Source of the DNA: Rhynchobatus australiae
Taxonomy: Eukaryota
Assembly: GCA_034780895.1 (NCBI GenBank)
Contig: JAUZTB010000076.1
Span: 76,310,293 to 76,374,292 of the forward strand
Direction: 5' to 3'
Length of the DNA stretch: 64,000 nucleotides
In this document: positions 63,941 through 64,000 of the stretch, piece after piece
Position numbering within the stretch: the first letter of the stretch is position 1
Layout: every line of letters starts with the position of its first letter
The notes under the pieces: model-generated
Databases searched by the model: none
What the model was told of the DNA's origin: nothing
The model's input: only the letters and a program-made list of their open reading frames with translations
Program-made: the position numbers and the translations under genes

Positions 63941-64000
63941 AGAAAATAATAAATCATAAAAAGTGGAAAATCCTCAGCTCCACTTTCACCCTAAGGGCAG

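Noticed and set aside
37228-64000. SASH exon 2 (DGSLGNIDDLA...)
   Set aside because: Not found by eye or in the ORF track; probably downstream or in a gap.

Overview
This window is vertebrate genomic DNA, not prokaryotic. The repeat complement (HE1-type V-SINEs, Deu-domain SINEs, CR1, Rex1/Babar, Penelope, Tx1/L1) points to a cartilaginous fish, probably a batoid. There are many N-gaps. The only host coding sequence I recognise is the 5' end of a SAMD5/SASH-family locus on the + strand: a SAMD5-like SAM-domain exon (6653-7126) after a CpG island, a candidate ATG|GTAAGT first exon (ending 34953), and a SASH1-type first coding exon (37129-37227) in a second CpG island. All three end in phase-0 donors; no shared exon 2 was found, so it probably lies beyond the window. 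The rest is intronic or intergenic and rich in decayed retroelements. Notable structures are a ~3.8 kb array of a diverged ~196-bp satellite joined directly to a solo LTR, two families of degenerate minisatellites (~35 and ~43 bp), an unexplained ~310-bp inverted duplicate with an indel-free, codon-biased core, a perfect 28-bp hairpin, and hammerhead-like Penelope termini. All family assignments come from recalled motifs, not database searches, and repeat boundaries are approximate.
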